DNA from: Tannockella kyphosi | Lineage (GTDB): Bacteria; Bacillota_I; Bacilli_A; Erysipelotrichales; Coprobacillaceae | NCBI RefSeq assembly: GCF_021054785.1 | Contig: NZ_CP088239.1 | Location: 90,001-122,000 of the forward strand | DNA length: 32,000 nt | Direction: 5' to 3' | Shown: one piece after another, positions 1 to 7,504 of the stretch | Layout of the letters: the number at the start of each line of letters is the position of its first letter | Position numbering within the stretch: the stretch's first letter is position 1 | Made by a program: the position numbers and the translations under genes | The notes under the pieces: model-generated | What the model was told of the DNA's origin: nothing | Database searches by the model: none | Seen by the model: the letters and a program-made list of their open reading frames with translations, nothing else

Positions 1-2394
1 CAAAACAACAATCCTAATGAATATTTATTATATGAGTTTTTAGATGAATATGATTTAGAAGCAAATATTGTTTATTTTGATGATAATGATTATGAAAAAG
101 TAATGCAGGAAAATGATTATGATTTTTGTTTATGTTCTTCATTACAAACAATGGATAGTTTATCTCCTGTTGCTAAATTAGGGACTACAAGTTTCTATTA
201 TGTAACGGATATTAATAATACAGAATTAATGGATTTAATAGATGATGGAATGACTGAAATAGAACAAAAAGAATATTTGTTTCAAGAAAAATTATATTTA
301 GAATATTATGATTACTCTTTGTTATCTGCTAATTATGTTACCAATGAAGAATATGCATTGTTGCAAGAAAAAGAAATGTATTATATTGGTGTAGAAAATT
401 TTGATAGTCCTATTTGTTATAAAGATGAAAATGGTGATTTTCAAGGAATTTCTATTGATGGATTATCACTGATAATGGATCAAGCAGATGTTCCATATAC
501 GATAGTAGAAATAACACAAGAAACATCGAGTGAAGAATATGATAATTTGGACTTTTATTTACTAGCGAATGATGAAAGTCTTGGAATGATTGCGAGTGAT
601 ACGTATTATTCTTTATCCATGGTATTAATAGAACCATTTTCTAATGAAAATGCTGAATTTAATACAATCGGTACAGTGGATTACTTAGGTATTGATGAAA
701 CTAATTTACCTTATGAGTGTGTTGGAGAAACAGTCCTAACTTTTACAAATGTAACAGATATGATTGATAGTTATAATGATGGAGAAATTGATAGTTTTAT
801 TTTAACGAGTGCTTCATTAAATTTATTTCGAAATGAAATAGCTTCTTTGGATTTTATAAGTACTACTATTTATAAAAAACTAGATTTAGTTTTGATGTTT
901 CCAGAAGATTATTCAGATGATTTAATTGATATTTTTAATAAAGTTATTGGACAGATAGATACTACTCAATTAGATACATCACTATTGTTTCATTCTACGG
1001 AAGAATCAAATGATACGTTGTTAGATTATTTAGAAGATAATCCTTGGGTTGCTAATATAGCTATTGTTTCTATACTTCTTTTTATTGCTTTATCAGAATA
1101 TGGTCGTAGAAAAACATTAAAGAAAGTATTAGAATATGATGAACTGACAGGTCTTTATTCAAAGCATAAATTTATTAAAGAGGCTAAAAAGATTCTTGCT
1201 AAAGGAGAAAATAATCTTTATACGATTGTTACTATTGATATTGATAATTTTAAATATATTAATGAATTATATGGATATGAAACAGGTTCTAAAGTTATTC
1301 AAATTTTAGGGAAATGTATAAAGGAAGATGCTGGTCATGCATTGTTATTTGCTAGACACGAAGCAGATAAGTTTATCTTATTGCTAAGGAATGATGATGA
1401 GAATCATGAATTAAGTTTTACTTTGAAGAATAATGATAAATTGATGAAGATGTTTCATCCTTATATTGGAGATACCTATACGATTACTTTTAGTATTGGA
1501 GCATATCTTATTGAAAATACAGAGGATAATTTAGATTTTATGATTGATTGTGCAAATATTGCACGTAATTTAGGAAAAGAAGCTGTTGATGCAACGATTC
1601 ATGTGTTTTCAAAAGAAATGGATGTTCATCGAATTAAGATAAATGAAATTGTTGCTTCTATGAAGCAAGCAATAGTAAATGAAGAATTTATTTTGCAGTA
1701 TCAACCAAAGGTTGATATGAATTCAAGGGTTATTGTTGGTGGGGAAGCATTGGTGAGATGGAAAAAAGGAGGGGATCTAATACCTCCGAATGATTTTATT
1801 AGTATCTTTGAAAAGAATGGGTTTATTGAAACATTAGATTATTATGTGTTAAGTAAAACTTGTGAATTTATTAAAAGTAATCCATTTGTACCAAAAATAT
1901 CTGTTAATATATCAGCTGTTACCATTATTAAAAAACAAGCTGTTAAAAATATTATGGATACGATTGATAATTATGCTATTCCTTATTATAAAATTGATAT
2001 TGAAATAACTGAAACAGCATTTATGGAAAATATGAAAGAAATATTTGATAATGTACAACAACTTAGAGATAAAGGAATAAGTATTTCTATTGATGATTTT
2101 GGTGTAGGTACTTCTTCTTTGAGTAGATTAAAAGATATGTCAGTTGATACATTAAAGATTGATAGAGAATTTATTATTGATTGTATTGAAAATGATAGAG
2201 GAAAGAAGATCATTAATAGTGTTATTCTATTAGCGAAATCACTAGATTTAGAAGTAGTAGCCGAAGGTGTTGAAACAAAAAGCCAAGAAGAATTCTTAGC
2301 TAGTCTAGGTTGTGATATAGGACAAGGATATTATTATTCTAGACCAGTTGATGGAGAAGAGTTTATTAAACAATTAGAAAAAACAGCGGAGTAG
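1..2394 (+). CDS. Membrane signalling protein: extracytoplasmic sensor region + TM + degenerate GGDEF + intact EAL (likely c-di-GMP phosphodiesterase); 5' end probably outside the window
   Basis: Frame 1 is open from nt 1 (QNNNPNEYLLYEF...), and there is no good SD before the ATG at 103, so that Met is probably internal. TM segment 'WVANIAIVSILLFIALS'. The GGDEF position reads 'ARHEADKF'. EAL motifs are present: 'GGEALVRW', 'EITE', 'DDFGVGTSS', 'KIDREF', 'AEGVE', 'GQGYYY'. Stop at 2392-2394. Confidence 0.85.
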   Translation, partial: QNNNPNEYLLYEFLDEYDLEANIVYFDDNDYEKVMQENDYDFCLCSSLQTMDSLSPVAKLGTTSFYYVTDINNTELMDLIDDGMTEIEQKEYLFQEKLYLEYYDYSLLSANYVTNEEYALLQEKEMYYIGVENFDSPICYKDENGDFQGISIDGLSLIMDQADVPYTIVEITQETSSEEYDNLDFYLLANDESLGMIASDTYYSLSMVLIEPFSNENAEFNTIGTVDYLGIDETNLPYECVGETVLTFTNVTDMIDSYNDGEIDSFILTSASLNLFRNEIASLDFISTTIYKKLDLVLMFPEDYSDDLIDIFNKVIGQIDTTQLDTSLLFHSTEESNDTLLDYLEDNPWVANIAIVSILLFIALSEYGRRKTLKKVLEYDELTGLYSKHKFIKEAKKILAKGENNLYTIVTIDIDNFKYINELYGYETGSKVIQILGKCIKEDAGHALLFARHEADKFILLLRNDDENHELSFTLKNNDKLMKMFHPYIGDTYTITFSIGAYLIENTEDNLDFMIDCANIARNLGKEAVDATIHVFSKEMDVHRIKINEIVASMKQAIVNEEFILQYQPKVDMNSRVIVGGEALVRWKKGGDLIPPNDFISIFEKNGFIETLDYYVLSKTCEFIKSNPFVPKISVNISAVTIIKKQAVKNIMDTIDNYAIPYYKIDIEITETAFMENMKEIFDNVQQLRDKGISISIDDFGVGTSSLSRLKDMSVDTLKIDREFIIDCIENDRGKKIINSVILLAKSLDLEVVAEGVETKSQEEFLASLGCDIGQGYYYSRPVDGEEFIKQLEKTAE

Positions 2395-2418
2395 TAATAA
2401 ACTACTTCGCTATTTTTA
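2386..2418. terminator. Hairpin between convergent genes (possible bidirectional terminator)
   Basis: GCGGAGTAGT (2386-2395), loop AATAA, ACTACTTCGC (2401-2410), with one mismatch. It is followed by TATTTTTAT and overlaps the stop of the GGDEF/EAL gene. Confidence 0.55.
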
Positions 2419-3135
2419 TTGAATAGATTGATTGTTTAATAGTTGTTCAAATATGTCTGACATTGATTCTTGAAATACTAAATTTGCTTCTACCTTTAAG
2501 GGACTTTTATTCATAACAACTAATTTATTTCCTTGATAATATTGGATAAAACCAGCTGCTGGATAAACATGTAAAGAAGTTCCTGCAATAATAAGCATAT
2601 CACAATTCTTAATTGCACTAATAGCTTCATTAATAATATTTTCATTTAATGATTCTTGATATAAGACAACTTCTGGTCGAATAATACCACCACATTGACA
2701 AGTAGGAATATCTGTTTGTAAGATAGCTTCTACAGAATATTCTTTATGACATTTCATGCAATAATATTTTCTTGCATTGCCATGTAATTCCAATACTTTG
2801 GTACTTCCTGCAAGTTGATGTAAACCATCAATGTTTTGTGTAACAATAGCACTCAATTTACCTTCTTTTTCTAACTGACATAAGTAATGATGGGTACTAT
2901 TAGGTAAGGCATCTAGATGCAATAGGTTTTCTTTGTAGTAATGGTAGAAATCTTTAGGAAAGTTCATAAAGAAATGGTGACTTAAAAGAGTTTCAATAGG
3001 AAGTGTATTATTTTGATACGATAATCCTTCTTTGCTCCTAAAATCAGGTATTCCGCTATCGGTAGAAACTCCAGCACCACCAAAAAATACAATTGAATTA
3101 CTTTCTTGTATCATTTTTTTAAATTCTTCAATCAC
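2416..3135 (-). CDS. cobB: NAD-dependent protein deacylase, Sir2 family
   Basis: Motifs 'FFGGAGVSTDSGIPDFRS', 'TQNIDGLH', 'LELHGN', and Zn cysteines 'CMKC...CQCGG'. The track ORF starts at 3174, but a GTG at 3135 follows GAGGTG plus 6 nt and gives the usual short N-terminus (VIEEFKKMIQESNSIVFFGG). Confidence 0.9.
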   Translation of the reverse strand: MIEEFKKMIQESNSIVFFGGAGVSTDSGIPDFRSKEGLSYQNNTLPIETLLSHHFFMNFPKDFYHYYKENLLHLDALPNSTHHYLCQLEKEGKLSAIVTQNIDGLHQLAGSTKVLELHGNARKYYCMKCHKEYSVEAILQTDIPTCQCGGIIRPEVVLYQESLNENIINEAISAIKNCDMLIIAGTSLHVYPAAGFIQYYQGNKLVVMNKSPLKVEANLVFQESMSDIFEQLLNNQSIQ

Positions 3136-3168
3136 TATTATCACCTCTAAAATAGTATAGCATAACGA

Positions 3169-3213
3169 TTGCAACTTATGTAATAATTCTGTATTTCGTG
3201 ATATGCATTATTG
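3169..3213 (+). repeat. Copy A of a 45-bp direct repeat (promoter-like; partner at 5160-5204)
   Basis: TTGCAACTTATGTAATAATTCTGTATTTCGTGATATGCATTATTG versus TTGTAACTTATGTAATAATTCTATGTTTTGTGACGTATCTTATTG. My ungapped hand alignment gives 36/45 identical, with 21 of the first 22. Confidence 0.7.
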
Positions 3214-3375
3214 CAATTTTTGATGACCATGCTATTATGACAAAAGAGGAGCATAGAGAAATAATAAAGGAGACCAACTATGATTTTTCAAGAGAAAAAT
3301 GATAAAAAATTAAATTTCTTTTGAATCATAAAAAAGAGCGCACTAAAAAAGGTAAAATAAGCTATTTTTAAAAAA

Positions 3376-4539
3376 TTATTCTAAGATGAATTTTTCATCA
3401 GGATTATTTAAGACAAAGTAAATATAGTTTACTAGTTTCTTTGAACAATGCCCTAAGGCATTGTAATGAGATTTTCCTTCACTGCGTTTCTTTAAATAGT
3501 AAGTGTTCATAGTTGTTGAATTTTTTGCCACATTATGAGCTGCCCATATAAGCGCATAACGTAGTGTAGCATTTCCTCTTTTAGACATACGTGTTCTCTT
3601 TGCATTAAAATTACCAGACTGTCTTATGATTGGATCTAATCCTGCATAAGCTAGTACTTTACAAGGACTATCAAATCGGTCTATACTAATGATAGCAGAT
3701 AAGATGTAAGCACCTTGAATATAGCCCATACCTGGGATATTCAATATAGCACTGTCTATTTCTTTCATCATTTCAATGATGTTTGCTTCTACATCTTCTA
3801 ACTGCGATTCTAGAAGTTCGATTTGGAGTATGATATTTTTAATTCTAAAAGAGATTGCGTTTGAATGAAAGCCAACGCTATTTTTACTTAACGATTTAAG
3901 GTCTTTGATACGTTCGAGGTTGAAGCCTTTACTGTTTTTAGAAATTAACTTTGTCAAAGCCTCATTTCGAACTTCTTTTATTTCCTTAGCTGTAGCGTAT
4001 CGTTTTAGTAAATTATGGGCTGCATTCGTCTTTAAATTGCCTTTAAAGAAGGATTTAAGCTCTGGGAACACACGATCTAGCTCAGCAGTTAGTTGGATGT
4101 ATAGTTTTGTCTTTTGTTTAGTAAGACGAACTCTTTCATCACAATATACACGTAAGTCAGAAACAAGAAAGTCTTGACCTTGTGAATTGTTGTACTGATA
4201 AGAAAGAAGTTGAGCAATGGACATAGCATCAATTTTATCCGTCTTAGCATTACGAACTGATAAACCACGAAACTGTTTGGATATGATGGGATTAATAAGT
4301 TCACAGTGGTATCCAAGAGTAGAAAGATAAGAATGTAAGTTTTGATGGTAATGAGCAGTAGATTCAAAACCAATTAGAATATCTTCTTTATCAATAGAAG
4401 ATATTTTGGAAAGTAATAAATGAAACCCTTCTTTTGAATTATCAAAAGGAAAAGGTTGGTGAATCACTTCACCATGAGTTGTGATAACACAAGCATAATG
4501 CGTTGTTTTGGCAATATCAATGCCTACGTAATAAGTCAT
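3376..4539 (-). CDS. IS110-family transposase/recombinase (DEDD N-terminal domain + Transposase_20-like C-terminus)
   Basis: N-terminus 'MTYYVGIDIAKTTHYACV', 'IGFESTAHYH', 'KTDKIDA', C-terminal 'IPGMGYIQGAYILSAI...RQSGNF...MSKRGNATLRYAL'. SD AAAGGTGG lies upstream of the ATG at 4539. Confidence 0.9.
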   Translation of the reverse strand: MTYYVGIDIAKTTHYACVITTHGEVIHQPFPFDNSKEGFHLLLSKISSIDKEDILIGFESTAHYHQNLHSYLSTLGYHCELINPIISKQFRGLSVRNAKTDKIDAMSIAQLLSYQYNNSQGQDFLVSDLRVYCDERVRLTKQKTKLYIQLTAELDRVFPELKSFFKGNLKTNAAHNLLKRYATAKEIKEVRNEALTKLISKNSKGFNLERIKDLKSLSKNSVGFHSNAISFRIKNIILQIELLESQLEDVEANIIEMMKEIDSAILNIPGMGYIQGAYILSAIISIDRFDSPCKVLAYAGLDPIIRQSGNFNAKRTRMSKRGNATLRYALIWAAHNVAKNSTTMNTYYLKKRSEGKSHYNALGHCSKKLVNYIYFVLNNPDEKFILE

Positions 4540-4544
4540 AAAAA

Positions 4545-4700
4545 TAGACCACCTTTCTAGAACCTTGTCTATCCATGGCAGTCTATATCTATATCCTTGC
4601 GTGACATAAAAGCATTAACGCTTATCCAACTATAAATTAAAAATATAGAGCCATGGTATTAGTCTCCTTTAAATGGACGAAAGCCATAGTAAAAATCAAA
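4545..4700 (-). ncRNA. Candidate IS110 bridge (guide) RNA in the transposase-upstream leader
   Basis: The leader is non-coding and lies 5' of the recombinase. A long-range stem pairs CCATGGCAGTCTATAT (4573-4588) with ATATAGAGCCATGG (4643-4656). On the minus strand there is a promoter-like TTGTTA, 16 nt, TATGTT around 4698-4725. The 9-mer TCTATATCC occurs twice (4588-4596, 4709-4717). Confidence 0.35.
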
Positions 4701-4791
4701 ACATAGGTTCTATATCCATTATAACAAATATAAGAAAGGAGCGTATGAAATTAGTGAAACAAGGATCATTAATATCATACAAGAAGTAATT

Positions 4792-5142
4792 GTGGAAGGT
4801 AATAATGATGCAGGAAGTTTCATTTTTTTATTTTTTGTAATATGTATAGTAGTAGTTCCAATATTTTATAAGATGCTTAGATGGAGTGTGGTGTACTCTA
4901 AGAATGATGCTGCACTTGTGATAGAAATAAAGGCAAAGGTTGTTTCAAAAAGAGAAGATGTAGCAGGACATATGTATACAGCTGCTCGACGTGTTAAAAC
5001 TACCTATTATGTTACTTTTGAAACTGATAATGAGGAACGTATTGAGTTCGAGATGAGTGGTACAAATCAGGGTATGTTGGTTGTTGGAGATGTTGGAGAA
5101 CTAAGTTATCAAGGGACAAGGTATCTAGGTTTTAAAAGATAA
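4792..5142 (+). CDS. DUF2500-like small membrane-anchored protein (GTG start)
   Basis: N-terminal TM 'FIFLFFVICIVVVPIFY' followed by 'AKVVSKRE...TTYYVTFE...RIEFEMSG...GDVGELSYQGTRYLGF', as in DUF2500/YhhM-type proteins. The only in-frame start before the TM is the GTG at 4792. Confidence 0.65.
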   Translation: MEGNNDAGSFIFLFFVICIVVVPIFYKMLRWSVVYSKNDAALVIEIKAKVVSKREDVAGHMYTAARRVKTTYYVTFETDNEERIEFEMSGTNQGMLVVGDVGELSYQGTRYLGFKR

Positions 5143-5159
5143 AAAATGGAGAGGGAAAA

Positions 5160-5204
5160 TTGTAACTTATGTAATAATTCTATGTTTTGTGACGTATCTT
5201 ATTG
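5160..5204 (+). repeat. Copy B of the 45-bp direct repeat (promoter-like), upstream of the 5262 lipoprotein gene
   Basis: See copy A at 3169-3213. It contains the extended -10-like ATGTAATAAT. Confidence 0.7.
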
Positions 5205-5261
5205 TTATATCTAATTGTTTGTGTTACTTTGATCGTAAATTACGAGAGGGTGGGGAGAACT

Positions 5262-5705
5262 ATGAAAAAGTGGATGAAAGGTATCTTAGGAGTAGTATTT
5301 GTTTTATTAATAAGTGGGTGTGGTCAAGAAGAGGAAGAAGTTGTTTTTGAAGAAGAGACATATGAAAATGAATATTTTATGAATTTTAAGGAAGTAGAAA
5401 ATATGATAGAATATTTATCAATTGATGGTTCTACTGTTATTGAAGTAGAAGATAATGTTGATGAATTATTTTTCTTTTTTGAAAATCAAGAAGATAATTA
5501 TATGGACTATTTACAATTGTTTGTAGATCGTGGATATACACTAGATGGAAGTGATGGGACTACCGTAAGTACTATTTCTACAACTAATGAAGATGTGTGC
5601 ATTGAGTATTATATAGTAAGTGATTCTGTATGGTTTGAAGATGCATATCCTGAAATAGATATTACAGTACAAAATGCAGGGGTACGAATAACTACAATAG
5701 AATAA
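5262..5705 (+). CDS. Acidic lipoprotein, unknown function
   Basis: Signal peptide with lipobox 'MKKWMKGILGVVFVLLISGC'. SD GGGGAG lies before the ATG at 5262, so the track ORF start at 5202 is an upstream extension. Confidence 0.8.
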   Translation: MKKWMKGILGVVFVLLISGCGQEEEEVVFEEETYENEYFMNFKEVENMIEYLSIDGSTVIEVEDNVDELFFFFENQEDNYMDYLQLFVDRGYTLDGSDGTTVSTISTTNEDVCIEYYIVSDSVWFEDAYPEIDITVQNAGVRITTIE

Positions 5706-5726
5706 ATAAAATTTAACTTAAATAAG

Positions 5727-5754
5727 TCTCTTTGTTTGTAAAGAGATTTTTTTT
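5727..5754 (+). terminator. Rho-independent terminator
   Basis: TCTCTTT (5727-5733), loop GTTTGT, AAAGAGA (5740-5746), then T8. Confidence 0.85.
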
Positions 5755-5826
5755 CACTGTACATTTGATCTAACTTTATTTAAAATAGAAGTGAAAGAAA
5801 ATGATGGTAATCAGGAGGAGATTAAA

Positions 5827-6183
5827 ATGATAAATATAATTATAGGAGCAATCATAATAGGGTTAATAGCTTTTGGAGGTTATCGAACATGGTTACAGTT
5901 AAGTGGAAAAAGAACTTGTTGTGGTGGAACAAAGGAAAAAGTAAAAAAGAAAAAGGTAGATGGAGTAATTGGTACTATCTTTATCCACATAGAAGGAATG
6001 CACTGTGCACATTGTGAAGCCACTATTACGAACACATTAAATTCAATAGAGGGAGTTAGTGCAAAAGTAGAATTATCTAAGAATCAAGCAATAGTTTCTT
6101 ATAATAAAGAAATTAGTGATTGCATATTAAAAGAGGCAATTGAAAAGAAAGGTTTTATTGTAAAAAGTATAGAAAGAGTATAA
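5827..6183 (+). CDS. Membrane-anchored heavy-metal-associated (HMA) domain protein with a Cys-rich juxtamembrane segment
   Basis: SD AGGAGG lies before the ATG at 5827. N-terminus 'MINIIIGAIIIGLIAFGG...KRTCCGG' resembles the FeoB-associated Cys-rich membrane peptide. It is followed by the HMA fold motif 'GMHCAHCEATITNTLNSIEGV'. Confidence 0.8.
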   Translation: MINIIIGAIIIGLIAFGGYRTWLQLSGKRTCCGGTKEKVKKKKVDGVIGTIFIHIEGMHCAHCEATITNTLNSIEGVSAKVELSKNQAIVSYNKEISDCILKEAIEKKGFIVKSIERV

Positions 6184-6316
6184 TAACAAATCAAAGATAG
6201 TAGGAAATACGATAAAAGTCCCCATGTAAAAACTTATCTTCATGTACTAGGTCCAGTAGTAAATTATTATAATGAATGTAACTAATGTCTTAAAAGTGTG
6301 TTTTATGCAACATAAA

Positions 6317-6345
6317 TTGACGTGGTAAAAATAGTTATGTACTAT
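6317..6345 (+). promoter_or_regulatory. Sigma-A-like promoter candidate
   Basis: TTGACG (6317-6322), 17 nt, TACTAT (6340-6345), about 45 nt upstream of the 6391 start. Confidence 0.5.
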
Positions 6346-6390
6346 TTAAATATAGATACGTTATGTTATTTTCAAAAGGAGAGAGAAAAA

Positions 6391-6693
6391 ATGGATTATC
6401 TAGGAGGATCAGTGTTTGAATATTGGTTTATGTTTTTAAAGCTTTTGGCAGTACCTTTAATAGTATATTGTATTATTCAATATGCAATTTGTAGATACAA
6501 ACCTAAGTTTAGTAAAATATTACCTATTTTAGCGTGTGTACAGGCAATGATTTTTATTTTTAGATATTTATATCTTTATGCAGTTAGTGGACTAGATTTG
6601 GTCTTGATTGTTAATGGGTTATTTATTAGCTTAACATTAACGAGCCTATTTATCTTATTTCCATGGATTATACAAAAAAGATGTGTTAAATAA
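6391..6693 (+). CDS. Small polytopic membrane protein, unknown function
   Basis: SD AAAGGAGAG lies before the ATG at 6391. There are three hydrophobic segments. No motif was recognised. Confidence 0.65.
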   Translation: MDYLGGSVFEYWFMFLKLLAVPLIVYCIIQYAICRYKPKFSKILPILACVQAMIFIFRYLYLYAVSGLDLVLIVNGLFISLTLTSLFILFPWIIQKRCVK

Positions 6694-6715
6694 TATACAT
6701 GGAAAGGAAAAGAAG

Positions 6716-7135
6716 ATGAAAAAAATAATAGTAATAATAGTAGGAATAGTTTTGTTAGTAGGAGGATATTTCTTATTTACTAATGATCAGAATATGGAAG
6801 GAGAGTATACGATAGAAGAAGTAGTTTATTTAACATCGTTGTCTTCTTATAGTATAGATTATTATAATGATTTAATAAAAGATAGTAGTGTTGTTGTTGG
6901 AGATACTTTTAGTGTGGGAGATGAAGTTATTTATACGGATTATGAATTAATAGAAGATCAATTAGAAACTATTCTATCTGATGAAATCGATGGTTTATTT
7001 GAAAGTGATTATGAAGTGTATTCTATCGTAGCAGATGGGCAAGATGTTCGTTATGGAATGATTAGCCAAGATGAAGATTTGTATTTACTAATCTACATGG
7101 ATGAAGTAATTAATAGTATTTCATTATTAAAATAA
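6716..7135 (+). CDS. Signal-anchored acidic protein, unknown function
   Basis: 'MKKIIVIIVGIVLLVGGYFLF' followed by a D/E/Y-rich domain. The ATG at 6716 follows GGAAAGGAAAAG. Confidence 0.65.
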   Translation: MKKIIVIIVGIVLLVGGYFLFTNDQNMEGEYTIEEVVYLTSLSSYSIDYYNDLIKDSSVVVGDTFSVGDEVIYTDYELIEDQLETILSDEIDGLFESDYEVYSIVADGQDVRYGMISQDEDLYLLIYMDEVINSISLLK

Positions 7136-7167
7136 GTTAAATTGTGAAAATATAATAGATAGTAAAT

Positions 7168-7208
7168 AGCACTTCATTTATTGTTCATGCAATAGATAAG
7201 TGCTTTTT
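7168..7208 (+). terminator. Probable terminator (long loop)
   Basis: AGCACTT (7168-7174) pairs with AAGTGCT (7198-7204) and is followed by TTTTT. The loop is long and partly self-pairing. Confidence 0.45.
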
Positions 7209-7280
7209 AAAAAGAAACGACTAAGAAAAAGGAATTATATATCTGATTATTTTGTGGTATAGAAGCTAGGATATTTTTAC

Positions 7281-7348
7281 TTACTTTATTTCTATGCTTT
7301 GATACGATTAAACTATAAGGGAGTGGTTTGATGAATGTTATTATATAA
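7281..7348 (+). pseudogene. Relic of a LytTR response-regulator gene: promoter/5'UTR plus the first 5 codons (MNVII) then stop
   Basis: 62/65 nt are identical to 20471-20535, which is the 5'UTR, SD and first 5 codons of the intact regulator gene at 20521. Homology ends abruptly at 7345/7346, followed immediately by TAA. Confidence 0.8.
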
Positions 7349-7392
7349 ACTATACTTATTAACTATTAGTTAAGATTTAAAGATATTTATCG

Positions 7393-7420
7393 TAACAATA
7401 TGTTAACAATGTTAAACAAT
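7393..7420 (+). promoter_or_regulatory. Triple direct repeat TAACAAT / TAACAAT / TAAACAAT (candidate LytTR-type activator site)
   Basis: Repeats at 7393-7399, 7404-7410 and 7413-7420, which is 42-70 bp upstream of the -35 below. On the opposite strand they read ATTGTT(T)AAC. Confidence 0.35.
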
Positions 7421-7461
7421 AGATAGATTATAAGATATACATAAATGACAGCGTTGTTGAT

Positions 7462-7489
7462 TTGAGTACGACATTTTAATATTTATAAT
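7462..7489 (+). promoter_or_regulatory. Sigma-A-like promoter of cassette 1
   Basis: TTGAGT (7462-7467), 16 nt, TATAAT (7484-7489), 15 nt upstream of the ATG at 7505, with SD GGAGAG between. Confidence 0.55.
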
Positions 7490-7504
7490 GAATGGAGAGA
7501 AAAA

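Larger units (their letters stand above)
3300..4745 (-). mobile_element. IS110-family insertion sequence (boundaries approximate)
   Basis: A single DEDD-type transposase ORF has about 200 bp of structured non-coding DNA upstream and under 100 bp downstream, as is typical for IS110. No terminal inverted repeats are visible, which is expected for this family. The ends cannot be fixed by eye. Confidence 0.6.

Noticed and set aside
452-2213. Minus-strand track ORFs 452-637 and 1986-2213
   Set aside because: They lie entirely inside the well-supported GGDEF/EAL gene on the opposite strand. They have low-complexity AT-codon composition, no SD and no motifs.
3905-4373. Track ORFs 3905-4177 (+) and 4089-4373 (-, other frame) inside the IS110 transposase gene
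   Set aside because: They overlap a transposase ORF with clear family motifs. These are shadow or alternate-frame ORFs.
3280-4789. Two 14-codon ORFs flanking the IS110 element (3280-3324 MIFQEKNDKKLNFF; 4745-4789 MKLVKQGSLISYKK) as two halves of an IS-disrupted gene
   Set aside because: The two frames cannot be joined into a recognisable protein. The second has only 3 nt between SD and ATG. The DUF2500 gene downstream looks complete. Only the possibility of an orphaned leader is kept (see the finding at 3169-5204).
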